From contig NC_043000.1 in NCBI RefSeq assembly GCF_006345805.1, positions 32,922,001-32,986,000 on the forward strand: a stretch of DNA of 64,000 nt, read 5' to 3'. This DNA is from Octopus sinensis (Eukaryota). Made by a program: the position numbers and the translations under genes. Below the pieces are notes generated by a model. It was not told the origin of the DNA. It saw only the letters and a program-made list of their open reading frames with translations, and searched no databases. Shown here piece by piece: positions 1-12,704 of this stretch (the first letter of the stretch is position 1; each line of letters begins with the position of its first letter).

Positions 1-1141
1 TCATCATCATAATCATTTCCTTGTTTGTTTTTCTACATGGGCCCAGGGTGAATGACCCAGTGAGACAGCATTAACCCACTTATTAGATCATCGTAATTTA
101 ATGTCAGCTTTCCATGCTGGCATGGGTTGAACAATTTGACTGAAAACTGTTAAGCCGGTGGGCTGGGCTGCACCAGGTTCCATTCTGATTTGTCATGGTT
201 TCTATGGCTGGATGTCCTTCCTAATGCCAGCCACTCCGAGAGTGTAATGGGTGTCTTTTATGTGCCAATGATTTGAAATTGGCATCAGCCACGACTAGTC
301 TTATTTGGCTTGGTATGTCTACACAAATATGGTGTATCACCAAAGGTTTTGGTCACCTGTCACTGCTTCCATGAGGCCCAATGCATGAATGGTGCTTTTT
401 ATGTGCCACCGGCATTGGTGCCAGTCAGGTGGCACTGGCACCAGCCACAACTATGATTAAAATCCCCTACGTCCACGTAAACAGGAAACAGTCGTAACTA
501 ATAAAATAGTAATGACTATTTCATGGCTAACTTCCCATCACCAGCATGAACATACAAACCAGACTTGTATGCTTCCTACATGGTTCCACATTCAGTTCCA
601 CCACACGGCACCTTGGGGAATTGTCTTCTGTTACAGCACTTGGCCAACAAAACCTGGTGACTGGCCTGTTGTGCATGTGTGTGTGTGTGTGTGTGTGTGC
701 GTGTGTGCGCATCTCTTTGTCTCGACACTGTGTGACAGAGGCAAATGAGTGTCATTGCCACACAAAGAATGTCATTCGTTTTCAATATTCTGTGAAAGTG
801 TGTCTGGTTGTGAAGAATTATTACATTGCTTGGAAACAAGTGAAGGTCGACAACAAGAATGGCATCTAGCCAAAGAGAGACACCTTAGAATATTCCATCT
901 GACCCATGCAAGCAAGGAGAAGCATGATGATAATATACTCACAAACACATGCAGACACAAATATGCATACATACATGTGTGCGTGTATATTAATTCTTGA
1001 ACATCAGCGTCATGTTGTCAAGTTGGAATTTCTTTAAAGTTCTGTTAGTTAAGTGTTCAGTGAAACCCTATTTTAAAACACTGATTTTCACCAAACCTTA
1101 ACTAAATGATATGCATCCTAAATATATATATATTTATGCAG

Positions 1142-1177
<36 letters not shown>

Positions 1178-1732
1178 AAGGGCATCCAGCTGTAGAAACT
1201 CTGCCAGATCAGAGTCTGGTGCAGCCTCAGTCAAATCGTCTAACCCATGCTAGCATGGAAAGCAGACGTTAAACGATGATGATGATATATATATATTCAT
1301 ACATACACACACACGAGTGCACATAAGTATGTTCTACAGTTGTCAGCAGCCATCCATTATTAAAATTTACAAATCTGAATATTTGAAAAGAAGTTTTTGT
1401 GTCACTTGGATAGGGTTCTGTAAGCTACCAGCATTTTGATGCTAAGCAGAAAATACATCGCAAACCATATTTCCCATAAATTCTTTACTAGAAGTCTTCG
1501 ATTCATCAATTCCTGGCAGCATTTCTTCTCCGGTTAAATTCGTTACCAATTTTATAACAACGCAGTTATCTCCCTTACATGACGTTTACTTTCTTTCTCA
1601 GTTTTATTTTTCACTGTTCTTCAACTGAAATATTTTTGGGTCTGGACAGTTGGCTGAACTATTTGCAAACCATTTCGTTTTCGGATTTGGTTTGCAAGAT
1701 TCTTTATGTGAGTTCGCGTGTTGAAGCATATT

Positions 1733-2010
1733 CTGTTGTGTCTGGGGAGAGTCATTTTCTTTTTGTGCCTTATAATTTAACACACTCACCGGTAAAATTT
1801 CCACTTATTTCTTATTTTTATTTTCCTAAAATTTTCGTTGTGTCTTGCAACCTTTTCAATAGTTTTGACTATTGAAAAACTATCGAAAAGTTTGCAACAC
1901 GCAACGAAAACTTTAGGAAAATAAAAATAAGAAATAAGTGGAAATTTTACCGGTGAGTGTGTTAAATTATAAGGCACAAAAAAGAAAATGACTCTCCCCA
2001 GACACAACAG
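1733..2010. repeat. Long inverted repeat (fold-back), arms about 130 bp
   Basis: ctgttgtgtctggggagagtc... versus ...gactctccccagacacaacag; near-perfect until the centre. Confidence 0.92.
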
Positions 2011-3157
2011 TATTTGCAAACCAGTTTCACCAATATTGAAGTCAGCCTGCAACCAATAAAAAAGGCAACCTCTCTCTTGGCTGAAGTTTGCTGGGGTGTA
2101 GTACAAGACTGATTCCACAGCAACTGGGTGTCTGGAACTATTCATGGAAACTAGCTTCCTACATTTCTATTGGGGTTGCTTTAAAATAGCTGAAGAGTGT
2201 GGAGTGGGTGATGAGAGGTTCAGGTATGTGTTGGAGGGGTTTGAGTGTGAAAGGTTAAGAATGAGTGAAAGTTGGTCCCATTTGAGTAGAATCATGGAGA
2301 GTTTAAAACAAGTACCAGAAACTTCGTTTTGCAACATCTTACATTTGAATTTCTTAACATCTTCTCAAAGACTCCAGTGTACATTATATCCTATCTTACT
2401 CATAAAAATTTAACAAATTGTGACAGAAAAGGCTAACAGCCATCAATTGCTCACAGGTCCATAAATGTATTAAACTCAAAACAATTTTTTTAGAAAAGGT
2501 GTAAGATCACAGGGTACCCCAGTGACCCTGTGGGTCACTATCCACCTGTTACCTACCCCTGGTTTAGAAGGAACAGCGAAGAGGTGAGTATGTAAGGAAT
2601 AAATGTGATAAATAGATACATTCTACAATCCTGGTCATGTGTATCTGTACATTTGCCCACAAAAGTTTATAATTTCAAACTCCAGAATTTGGTTAATTTC
2701 ATTTCATGTCTTCATTATCATCGACATAGTGTATTACTGGTAGTTAACCATTGTCAATGAAATAAGCATCAACAAGAGTGACGCATCTATCATGTAGCAA
2801 TGGGTTCCACTGACCAACAGGATCAGACGAGACAGAGCAGTGCATTGAGCTCCAATATCACCTGTCATTTAGCTTAATTAAACCTTGTCCAATCAAGTGA
2901 AACCCTCGTTATAATTCCTGATCAATCTCACATTTGAAATAGTTGCAACAGTCACAGACAGTCCAAATGGACACGTCTTTTATTTCTCTTGTGTCAAGAA
3001 TTGTGGTAAAAAAATTGTCAAGGAAAACTGACAAAAACTTAAAACAAAATTGAGAAGAAGATAGAGGATGAAGGTGCTCCAACATGGCCAGAACCCCGTT
3101 GGAAGCTTATAAAAGGACAGTGTAATAAAAGAGAACTAGAAAATACACAAAACATAC

Positions 3158-3206
3158 CTTCACCATTTTTCAGGGGTTCTAAAAACTTCTCTAAGTTAAT
3201 GGAAGC
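3158..3206 (-). CDS. ORC5: ORC5 coding exon 7 (49 nt)
   Basis: Acceptor tttgttttccAG, donor GTATGT; ASINLEKFLEPLKNGE aligns to human AVLNFPKYCEPVVKGE as recalled. Confidence 0.88.
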
Positions 3207-6200
3207 CTGGAAAACAAACAAACAAAAACTATTGATTATAACTAAAACATTATTATAACTAGTATTGGTAGAAAAACTGTTGGTTCTAAGATTATTCCAT
3301 ATGATAACCATATATGCTTCTTAGAGCTAATGGGAGTTCATTGGCAGGAACAAAACATACAGCAGTCTTGGACAGTTGCTAACATACTTCATAACTTAAC
3401 TGTTGCTATTCCAACAGAAATTCTAAACATCTCAAACCATGATGACACACTCATCATCATCATCTTTATCAATTTCATGCCCACTTTTCCAAGAGTTTTC
3501 TATGGCTCGATGCCCTTTGTGTTACCAATCCTCACCTGTTTCCAAGAAAGGTAATTATTTCCTCATCATTCCACAGAAAATTGAAAATGGATGGTACCAT
3601 TTTGGTTTACTGCATACAATGGGCTTCTTTCAGTTTTCATTGACCAAATCAACTCACACAGCTGAGGTTAGCCTGGGGCTATAGTAGAAGACATTTGTCC
3701 AAGGTACAGCACAGTGAAACTGAATTCTAAACCATGCAAGCCGGGGAAAAAAAACACTTCTTAACCATACACCCAGTCATGCCTGCACCTATTAATTGTA
3801 AATCTGAGATCAAATACTTTACATGTGAAAACATAGGTGCTGGTATGGCTCTGTAGTAAGAAGCATGCTTAGTAACCAAATGGTTCTGGTTTCAGTCCCA
3901 CTGCATGGCATCTTGGGCAAATGTCTTCTACTACAGCCTGAGGCTGACCAAAACCTTGTGAGTGGATTTGGTAGATGGAAACTGAAAGAAGCCCATCATG
4001 TGCATGTGTGTTTGACCTCCCCACCACTGCTTGACAACCGGTGCTGGTGCGTTTACATCCCTGTGACTTAGCGGTTCAGCAAAAGAGACCGACAGAATAA
4101 GTACGAAGCTTTAAAAAAAAGTACTGAAGTTGATTCATTTGCCTAAGAATTCTTCAGGTTGGTGCCCCAACATGGCCACACACACACACAAACAAGCAGA
4201 CATTGAGTTTTGGCTGAATCTCCATGCCGGTGGCACGTAAAAAGCACCCACTACACTCTCGGAGTGGTTGGTGTTAGGAAGGGCATCCAGCTGTAGAAAC
4301 ACTGCCAGATCAGACTGGAGCCTGGTGCAGCCTCCTGGCTTCCCAGACCCCGGCTGAACCGTCCAACCCATGCTAGCATGGAAAACGGACGTTAAACGAT
4401 GATGATGATGAATTCAAGCTAAAACCAAAAAAGGCTGAGGTTTGTATGCCATGAGAAAAAGCAGAAGCTAAAATTTGGGGCAGAGTGTTTTCATAAAGAA
4501 ATCCATTTTGCCTTCAGATTCAGTGAAGGGCCTCACCCAAACCCTTAGTCCCCATTCCATTTCATGACGTAAAACCATAAACACTTTCCTTTCTATTTTC
4601 ACCACATGACCATCACTAACTTACCATTTTACTCTACTGACTCTGTGGAAAGCGCCATCCCTTAACAGTCTTTAGGGGTTTAAATGGTGTTGCATTACAA
4701 ACCACAACTATTCTTTGGTCTGAGTTTCATGGACTGTGATCCAGCTGGAGCACTTCCTTGTAGGGTTTTAGCTAAGTCAACTCCAGTACTAACCTGAAAC
4801 CATGTAGTTGTAAAGTGAACTTCACACAGCCATGCCTGAATATTGATTATTGATTTTGATAAATTATCGATTCCAAACAAAACAGAAATGTCTTTTATTT
4901 TAAATGATTGGAAGGAAGGTTAAAAGAATCAGAAAATCTTTTAAGTAATTTACGAACCAAATGTCGAAGCTCTTTCAGGTCTCGGCAGACATAATAAAAG
5001 ACACTTAACACCAAGCTGATGTAAGTGTCATACAATTCCTTTGGGTATTCCTTTGGATGGTCGAGAGACATAATTTCCAAGATCTCCTCTGTGGAAATAA
5101 AAACAAATAAGGAATTTGGAAGTTTGGCGGTTAATCATTAAATATTTTAGAAACAACAGAGTCTGGCAGTTAATTATTAAATATTTTAGAAACAACAGAG
5201 TCTGGCAGTTAATTATTAAATATTTTAGAAACAACAGGCGTAGGAGTGGCTGTGTGGTAAGTAGCTTGCTTACCAGCCACATGGTCTCGGGTTCATTCCC
5301 ATTGCATGGCACCTTGGGCAAGTGTCTTCTACTGCGTGGCACCTTGGACAGGTGTCTTCTACTATAACCTCAGCCCGACCAAAGCATTGTGAGTGGATTT
5401 GGTAAACGGAAACTGAAAGAAGCCCATCGTATATATGTGTGTATATATATATATATATATGTATATGTATGTGTGTGTTTGTGTGTCTGCGTTTGTCCCC
5501 CAACATCGCTTGACAACCGATGCTGGTTTGCTTACATCCCCGTAACATAGCAGTTTGGCAAAAGAGACTGATAGAATAAGTACTAGGCTTCCAAAGAATA
5601 AGTCCTGGGGTTGATTTGCTCAACTAAAGGCGGAGCTCCAGCATGGCCACAGTCAAATGACTGAAACAGATAAAAGAGTAAGAGTAAAGAGATGTAACAT
5701 TAAGTCCAACCTTTCTGAGAACATCCGTAGAGAGGAGTCACCATTGCACCAGAAACAGATTTCCTTAAATGGCAAGGGGGATTGCCAGAGGCAGCAGATA
5801 GTGTCTGTTACCTAGGTGACCAAATTAGCAGTGGAAGAGAATGCTCTGAAAGCATTAGTCACAAGAACGAGGAGAACCGACTGGAGAAAATTCAGAGAGA
5901 TATTATCTCTGTTGGTAACAGAAGGTCTCTGTCTCAGAATGGAAGCAGATTGTATGATGCTAGCAGAGAAATGGCAATGCTACATGGTAGTGAAATGTGG
6001 GCTGTGAATGCATGTTCCAGTGGATGTGCAACATCAGTGTGCATGTATGGCAAAGTGTAAATGTGTTGAGATAAAAATTGGTTATAAGAGGCATCAGATG
6101 TAGTGTGCAAGAGAGAAGACTGTACTGGTATGGTCATGTGATGCATATGGATGCAGTCAGCTGCATGAAGATGTGCCAATTTCTAAATGTGGAGGTGGCA

Positions 6201-9200
6201 TGTAAAAAGCACCCACTACACTCATGGAGTGGTTGGCATTAGGAAGGGCATCCAGCTGTAGAAACACTGCCAGATCAGACTGGAACCTGGTGCAGCCTCC
6301 TGGCTTCCCAGACCCTGGTCAAAATGTCCAACCCGTGCTAGCACGGAAAACGGACGTTAAACGATGATGATGATGATGATGCTGAACCTGTGGAAGAGGA
6401 AGACCCAGGAAGACATAGGATGAAATGGTGAGAAATGAACTTCAGATGTTGAGCCTCACAGAAGAGATGACAAACGCCTGCGATGATTGGTGATTGAGAA
6501 GACCCATCAAGCTAAATAAGACCTAGTGGGTTCTACTGAGAGTTGAACCTGAGACAGTAAAGTACCATATGTCTAAATGTTGGAGATGGGTTGTGAGCAA
6601 TCATCATCATCGTTTAACGTCCGCTTTCCATGCTAGCATGGGTTGGACGAATGACTGAGGGCTGGTGAACCAGATGGCTGCACCAGGCTTCAATCTTGAT
6701 CTAGCAGAGTTTCTACAATTGGATTCCCTTCCTAACGTCAACCACTCCGTGAGTGTAGTGGGTGCTTTTATGTGCCACCAACACAGGGCCAGTCAGGCGG
6801 TACTGGCAATGACCTCACTCGAATCTTTTACACATGCTACCGGCACAGGTGCCAGTAAGGCGATGCTGGTAACGATCATGCTTGAATGGTGCCCTTTTAC
6901 GTGCCACTGGCACAGAGGCCAGATAGACTCTCTGGCAACGATCACACTCGGATGGTGCCCTTAATACCCTACTAGCATGGGGCTTGAGTGCCAGTAATGC
7001 GACGCTGGTAACGATCATGCTCGAATGGTGCCTTTTAAGTGCCACTGGCATGGAAGCCGGTTAGCCGCTCTGTCAATGATCACACTCGTATGGTGCTCTT
7101 TGCACCTTGCTAGCATGGACGCCAGTCATCGAATTTGATTTTGAATTTTCTGGATTAATTATTTTAATTGAGAAATACAGGTCTTGAGTTAAAATCCAGT
7201 CAAGGACAATTTAGACATCCAAGATTAAGATAACTGATAACAATTTGAGTAGAAATTAATTAAAACCTTTGTAGACATGATATTTTGTAAATCTATGATT
7301 TAAAGAAGGATGTTTAAGGTGTGGGAAACTGTATGCCACCCTCTGAGTGTCTTGTTTCCCTGGGCATGGACACATTACAGCTCTGATGTCTGGCAACTAA
7401 CTTGGTAGACACCCACGAGATTATCCACCATCTTTTCAACAACAGCCCTGGACATCTTTTTGAATTCCATATGTCTAACTCTCATAGACATCATCATCAT
7501 CGTTTAACATCCGTTTTCCATGCTGGCATGGGTTTGATGGTTCGACCGGGGTCTGGGAAGCCAGGAGGCTGCACCAGGCTCCAGTCTGATCTGGCAGTGT
7601 TTCTACAGCTGGATGCCCTTCCTAACTCCAACCACTCCGTGAGTGTAGTGGGTGCTTTTTACGTGCCACCGGCATGGACGCCAGTCAGGTGGCGCTGGCA
7701 ACTGCCACGTTTGGATGGTGCTTTTAACGTGTTACCGGCACGGGTATCTTAACTACAATTTCCATTTGATTTTCATTTTCATGTTGGTGTTAACGTACTT
7801 GACTCAATAGGTCTCCTCAAGAACAGTGGGTCACTCTACGATCCAAGGTTAGCACAGCAGGCCGTCCTGCGAGCCATGGACTCACTTCATTTGTCGGGTG
7901 TTCGAAGTCAAGAACATGCTTACAAAATCAAAAGCAACACAGCAGACTTTTGGAAACATTTGTTGACACTCAGAATTGCTGAACCATGGAATAAACTATT
8001 TGCATCGCCTGTTAGCTGTTAGGATACTGTATCCTTCAAAACTTCCATGCTTCTCAAAATTCATCAAGACTACACCAGACATTCTTTTCCTTTTTTTTAT
8101 GATTCATTTACCGTTCCATTTCCTATCTTTCTGTGCATCATTCTATGTCCATGCACTTTTGGTTTCCTTTTCTGATGAGCTGTAGCACACCTGGGCACTG
8201 TATACAATAAGTTCATCATCATCATCACATTTCTCAGCCTGATTGTATGTAGATATCTTTTGATCAAAAGTGCCTTGACTATTGTTATTAATAATGCAGT
8301 CAGCTGGCAGTATCGTTAGCACGCCAGACAAAATGCTTAGCGGTATTTCGCCCGTCACTACATTTTGAGTTAAAATTTCACCAAGGTTGACTTTACCATT
8401 CATCCTTTTGAGGTTGATAAAATTAGTACCAGTTGAGTACTGGGGTCGATGTAATCAACTATCCTCCTCCCCTTAAATTTCAGGCCTTGTGCTTAAAATA
8501 GAAAGGATTATTATTATGATTATTATTATAATATAATTTTAGGGCAAAATAAATTCAACTGTTTAACTATCTTTAACAATAAGATTGGGTGGCAGATGAA
8601 AGGAGATTTGGTAAATGTAGAAACTTACCTCTTGAATAATCAGGGAAGTGGATAATATACGGCTCGTAGGTTCCAGTGTTGCAACGGAATTTTTCCCAAA
8701 CAATATCAGTGAGAAGAATAACAGAAATATTCAGATTGGTCTGAAAGATATCAAGACATACAGATCAGAAAATATAAAGCTTAAGGAACAGGACATGACA
8801 CACTTGCACAACAAGACAGGAACAGGGATCACCAGCTGATAGTCTCTAGTCTTCCGGATATTCATCTTCTTGTAGCTTGTGAGTAAAATCTAAGACCTCA
8901 ACACCACCACCTCTATCTCCATTGCAGCTACTCCCATCTACCCTCACACAGTGTGGGGTATCCATGTATCTCCTTTGTATCAAGACACCTATGCTTGTCC
9001 CTCAATACCTGGCATAAAGCCACCACTTTGCCATCTCTCAAATGCACTCCTACTCAGTCAAAGGCCCCCCCCTCTTCCTTTCCATTGTCTTGCGAGTTTC
9101 TTGGTGACCTCACTGGTGCTGGTGATAGGAATCAAATCACCCAGTACGTACTGGAAAAGTGGTTGGCATTAGGAAGGGCATCCAGCCATAGAAGCCATGC

Positions 9201-12200
9201 CACAACAGACATAGGGGCTTGACACAGATTCTGTGACTTATTGGACCCTGTCAGACAGTAGTCCAACCCATGCCAGCATGGAAAACTGAGGCTCAATGAT
9301 GATAAAGCAGACACATGGATCGTGTGTGTGTGTGTCTGTCTACATACACACATACATACATACATACATACATAATTATACATGAGATGTTACAGTATAC
9401 GAAACTTGGCCATTATTTGCCAATGTGTCTGACCTCAGAGAACACCTGGATGGAAAGCACCCAGCATACGAAAAAAAAAAAAGACTATGCATGAATATGA
9501 TGCCTGGAAGCTGGAAGAAGATAATAGAATTGATACGAAGTGCAGCCTCTCTTGGACATAAGACCAATACATCACATCAGACTATGAAGGCTGTGTGTTT
9601 GCAATCCAGGAACAGGAGATTCCCACAAAGTACCTGGTGAACAAGAGAGACAGTGATGCTCCTGTAATCTCAAGGTGCAACCGCATGTGTAGGCTATGTC
9701 ATGTTTCTGTGGAAGACATCACACGTGTGATTAGCAGCTGTCTTAAAATGTCGTCATGGTACTACTTCCCTATGCGGTACGATGTTGTTGCTAAAGCAAG
9801 TTACAATGCCATCTGCATGAAAGACTGTCCTGAAATATATTTAGAAAATCCCTCTGTTATGGAATACATTCATAAACCCCAGCTGGTGGAATATTCCCAT
9901 CAAGACTTCTGGTCAGATATTGTTATTTGGGACTGAGGGGCAAAGGTATGTACCATCATAGAGGTCAGCTGCTCCCCAGATATAAATATCTCTTTGAAAA
10001 TCCAAGATAAAGAGGATATCTATGGACAACTGCTTCAAAACCTCCAGCTTCTATATCCAGACTATGAATTCATATTTATACCAATAATAATTGGGGCACT
10101 AGGTTTTGTAAGTTAATGCTTAAACGAGAATCTGGATAAACTGGGATTTTCAGAAAGAGAAATCGACCGGTTAATATGTACATTACAAGTGCAATCTGTG
10201 AGTGGAACAGTAAAAATATGCAAGACTTTTCTCAAGTTCCAAATGTGAATTTGTCTGTTAAGTACATCTCAAAGATGGAGCCTTGTTTCTTGGAAACGAG
10301 CTCCCTCCTCAGTGGAAGAGCTATAATAATTAAAAAGTAGAAGAGACATACACACACACACACATACATACATGTAATAATATGAGAGCTTTTGGTATCC
10401 AGAAGACCCAAAAGGTAGGTAGGGCTATGTAAGTGCTGCGGAAGGACCACTGTTAAACACATGGTTCGATAACAGTATGAGTGAGGAGTCTAATGCGGGT
10501 CGCGTGTGAGCATCATTATCATCATCATTTAGCGTCCGTTCTCCATGCTAGCATGGGTTGGACGGTTCAACTGGGGTCTGTGAAGCTGGAAGGCTTCATC
10601 AGGCCCAGTCAGATCTGGCAGTGTTTCTACGGCTGGATGCCCTTCCTAACGCCAACCACTCCGTGAGTGTAGTGGGTGCTCTTTACGTGCCACCTGCACA
10701 GGTGCCAGACAGAGCTGGCAAACGGCCACGAACGGATGGTGCTTTTACGTGTCACCGGCACGGGGCCAGGCGAGGCTGGCAACGGACACGAACGGATGGT
10801 GCTTTTACGTGCCACCAACACGGGGGCCAGACAGAGCTGGCAAACGGCCACGAAACGGATGGTGCTTTTACGTGTCACCGGCACGGGGGCCAGGCGAGGC
10901 TGGCAGCAGGCACGAACGGATGGTGCTTTTACATGCCACCGACATGGGGGCCAGACAGGGCTGGCAAACGGCCACGAACGGATGGTGCTTTTACGTGTCA
11001 CCGGCACGGGGGCCAGACAGAGCTGGCAAACGGCCACAAACGGATGGTACTTTTACGTGTCACCGGCACGGGGGCCAGGCCAGGCTGGCAACGAACACGA
11101 ACGGATGGTGCTTTTACGTGCCACCTACACGGGGGCCAGACAGGGCTGGCGAACGGCTACGAACGGATGGTACTTTTACGTGTCACCTGCACGGGGGCCC
11201 TGATGTTGATAAAACGAGACACTACAAGATCCCTTTGAATGAACAGAACATGGAGTTAATATCCGCAAACTATCCATTTGTAATAGCAAAATACGAATTA
11301 CTGGAATTTACATACCATGGACCAAAAGCTTCTCTACCCTCTCTACACAGTGCAGCCAACATATACTTTCTTATCCTCATATTTCCCTTTAAACTTCCTG
11401 TATCTCTTCCTTTCCAGAATAACTTCTTATATTAAACTCTACTATTTCCTTCTATTTAACTCTCTCATATCGTCTCTGATGAAGGGATATCCTTCATATC
11501 CCTGAATCAGCTGTAAGACCACCTTTCTCTTTATAAATATCCTAGAAATATCACTTTGCTTTGGCCTTGTTATCTCATTTTATTTAACACATCTATCTAT
11601 CTACATATATATATATATATTATATATCTATGTAGATGGTGCCCCAGCATGGCCACGGCCTTCTGGCTAAAACATTTTTAAGGATTTAAGGATATATATA
11701 TAAATTAGGGTATCTACGAGATACCACCATGCTGAAAATAGCAGCCATGATCTGACTCTAAAACCACCTTAATTGTCCATATATCAACACGGAGAGAAAA
11801 CAAAGAGACATGATGAAGCTAGTAAAAAATTACTGGATAATTCTAGATCCCGGATTTCTGACTTTGCATTTATGAATGCTTTGCTTCGTCAGTAGAATAC
11901 ACACAGAAGAGAAACATAAATACATCTATATATATAAAACTGTAGTTGTGTGAGTGTCTGTCCCCTTCGATTTAGATTCCTAACTACTCCCACATTTTGC
12001 GGTGCAGTTTAACCAAATTCGGGTATCTTATAGTCGTGATTCATATCGAGCCCGTCTGAGTATTAGCGCGCGTCTACGATGAGTCTACGATTTTAAAAAT
12101 AATTTAACATCATTTTTTTATTCCATTTTAATGCATAATTTTTCGTGTGTCGATGGCGGCGGAGTTGGCGTCCATGGTCACACCTGCACCTGTTTGCTTC

Positions 12201-12663
12201 TCCCCCTTCTTCCCTCCCTCGTGAAGCTGTGGGGAAGGGAGTGTAAAGAAATCAACGTCGTAAAGCGTTGTCAAGGAGACCAGCGTTCTTTTAGAACAAT
12301 GACTTCATGGCTTGAAGAGACCAAAACAGAAATGGCTAAGAAAGCCCGAATTGGCATCTATAAGGGAAGTAACTCTCTAAAAATGCTTATATAGTTATTT
12401 CCCTTACAAACCCGAGCAACGCCGGGCAATACTGCTAGTATATATATATATATATATATATACTCTTACTCTCTTTTACTTGTTTCAGTCATTTGACTGC
12501 AGCCATGCTGGAGCACCACGTTTAGTCGAGCAAATATACCCCAGGACTTATTCTTTGTAAGCCTAGTACTTATTCTGTCGGTCTCTTTTGCCGAACCGCA
12601 AAGTTATGGGGACGTAAACACACCAGCATCAGTTGTCAAGCGATGTTGGAGGGACAAACCCAG

Positions 12664-12704
<41 letters not shown>

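Noticed and set aside
1-3157. ORC5 coding exon 8 (LWRNIEPHLKK-like)
   Set aside because: No matching segment with splice sites was found; it probably lies beyond the window start.
5237-5330. tRNA genes at SINE heads (also about 63388-63470)
   Set aside because: A/B-box-like motifs are present, but there is no complete cloverleaf and they run directly into SINE bodies.
10558-11435. Long overlapping ORFs (226, 175, 228 aa), and their equivalents at 51884-53263
   Set aside because: The repeat unit lacks stop codons on one strand, so all frames stay open. The translations are periodic with no domain signature.
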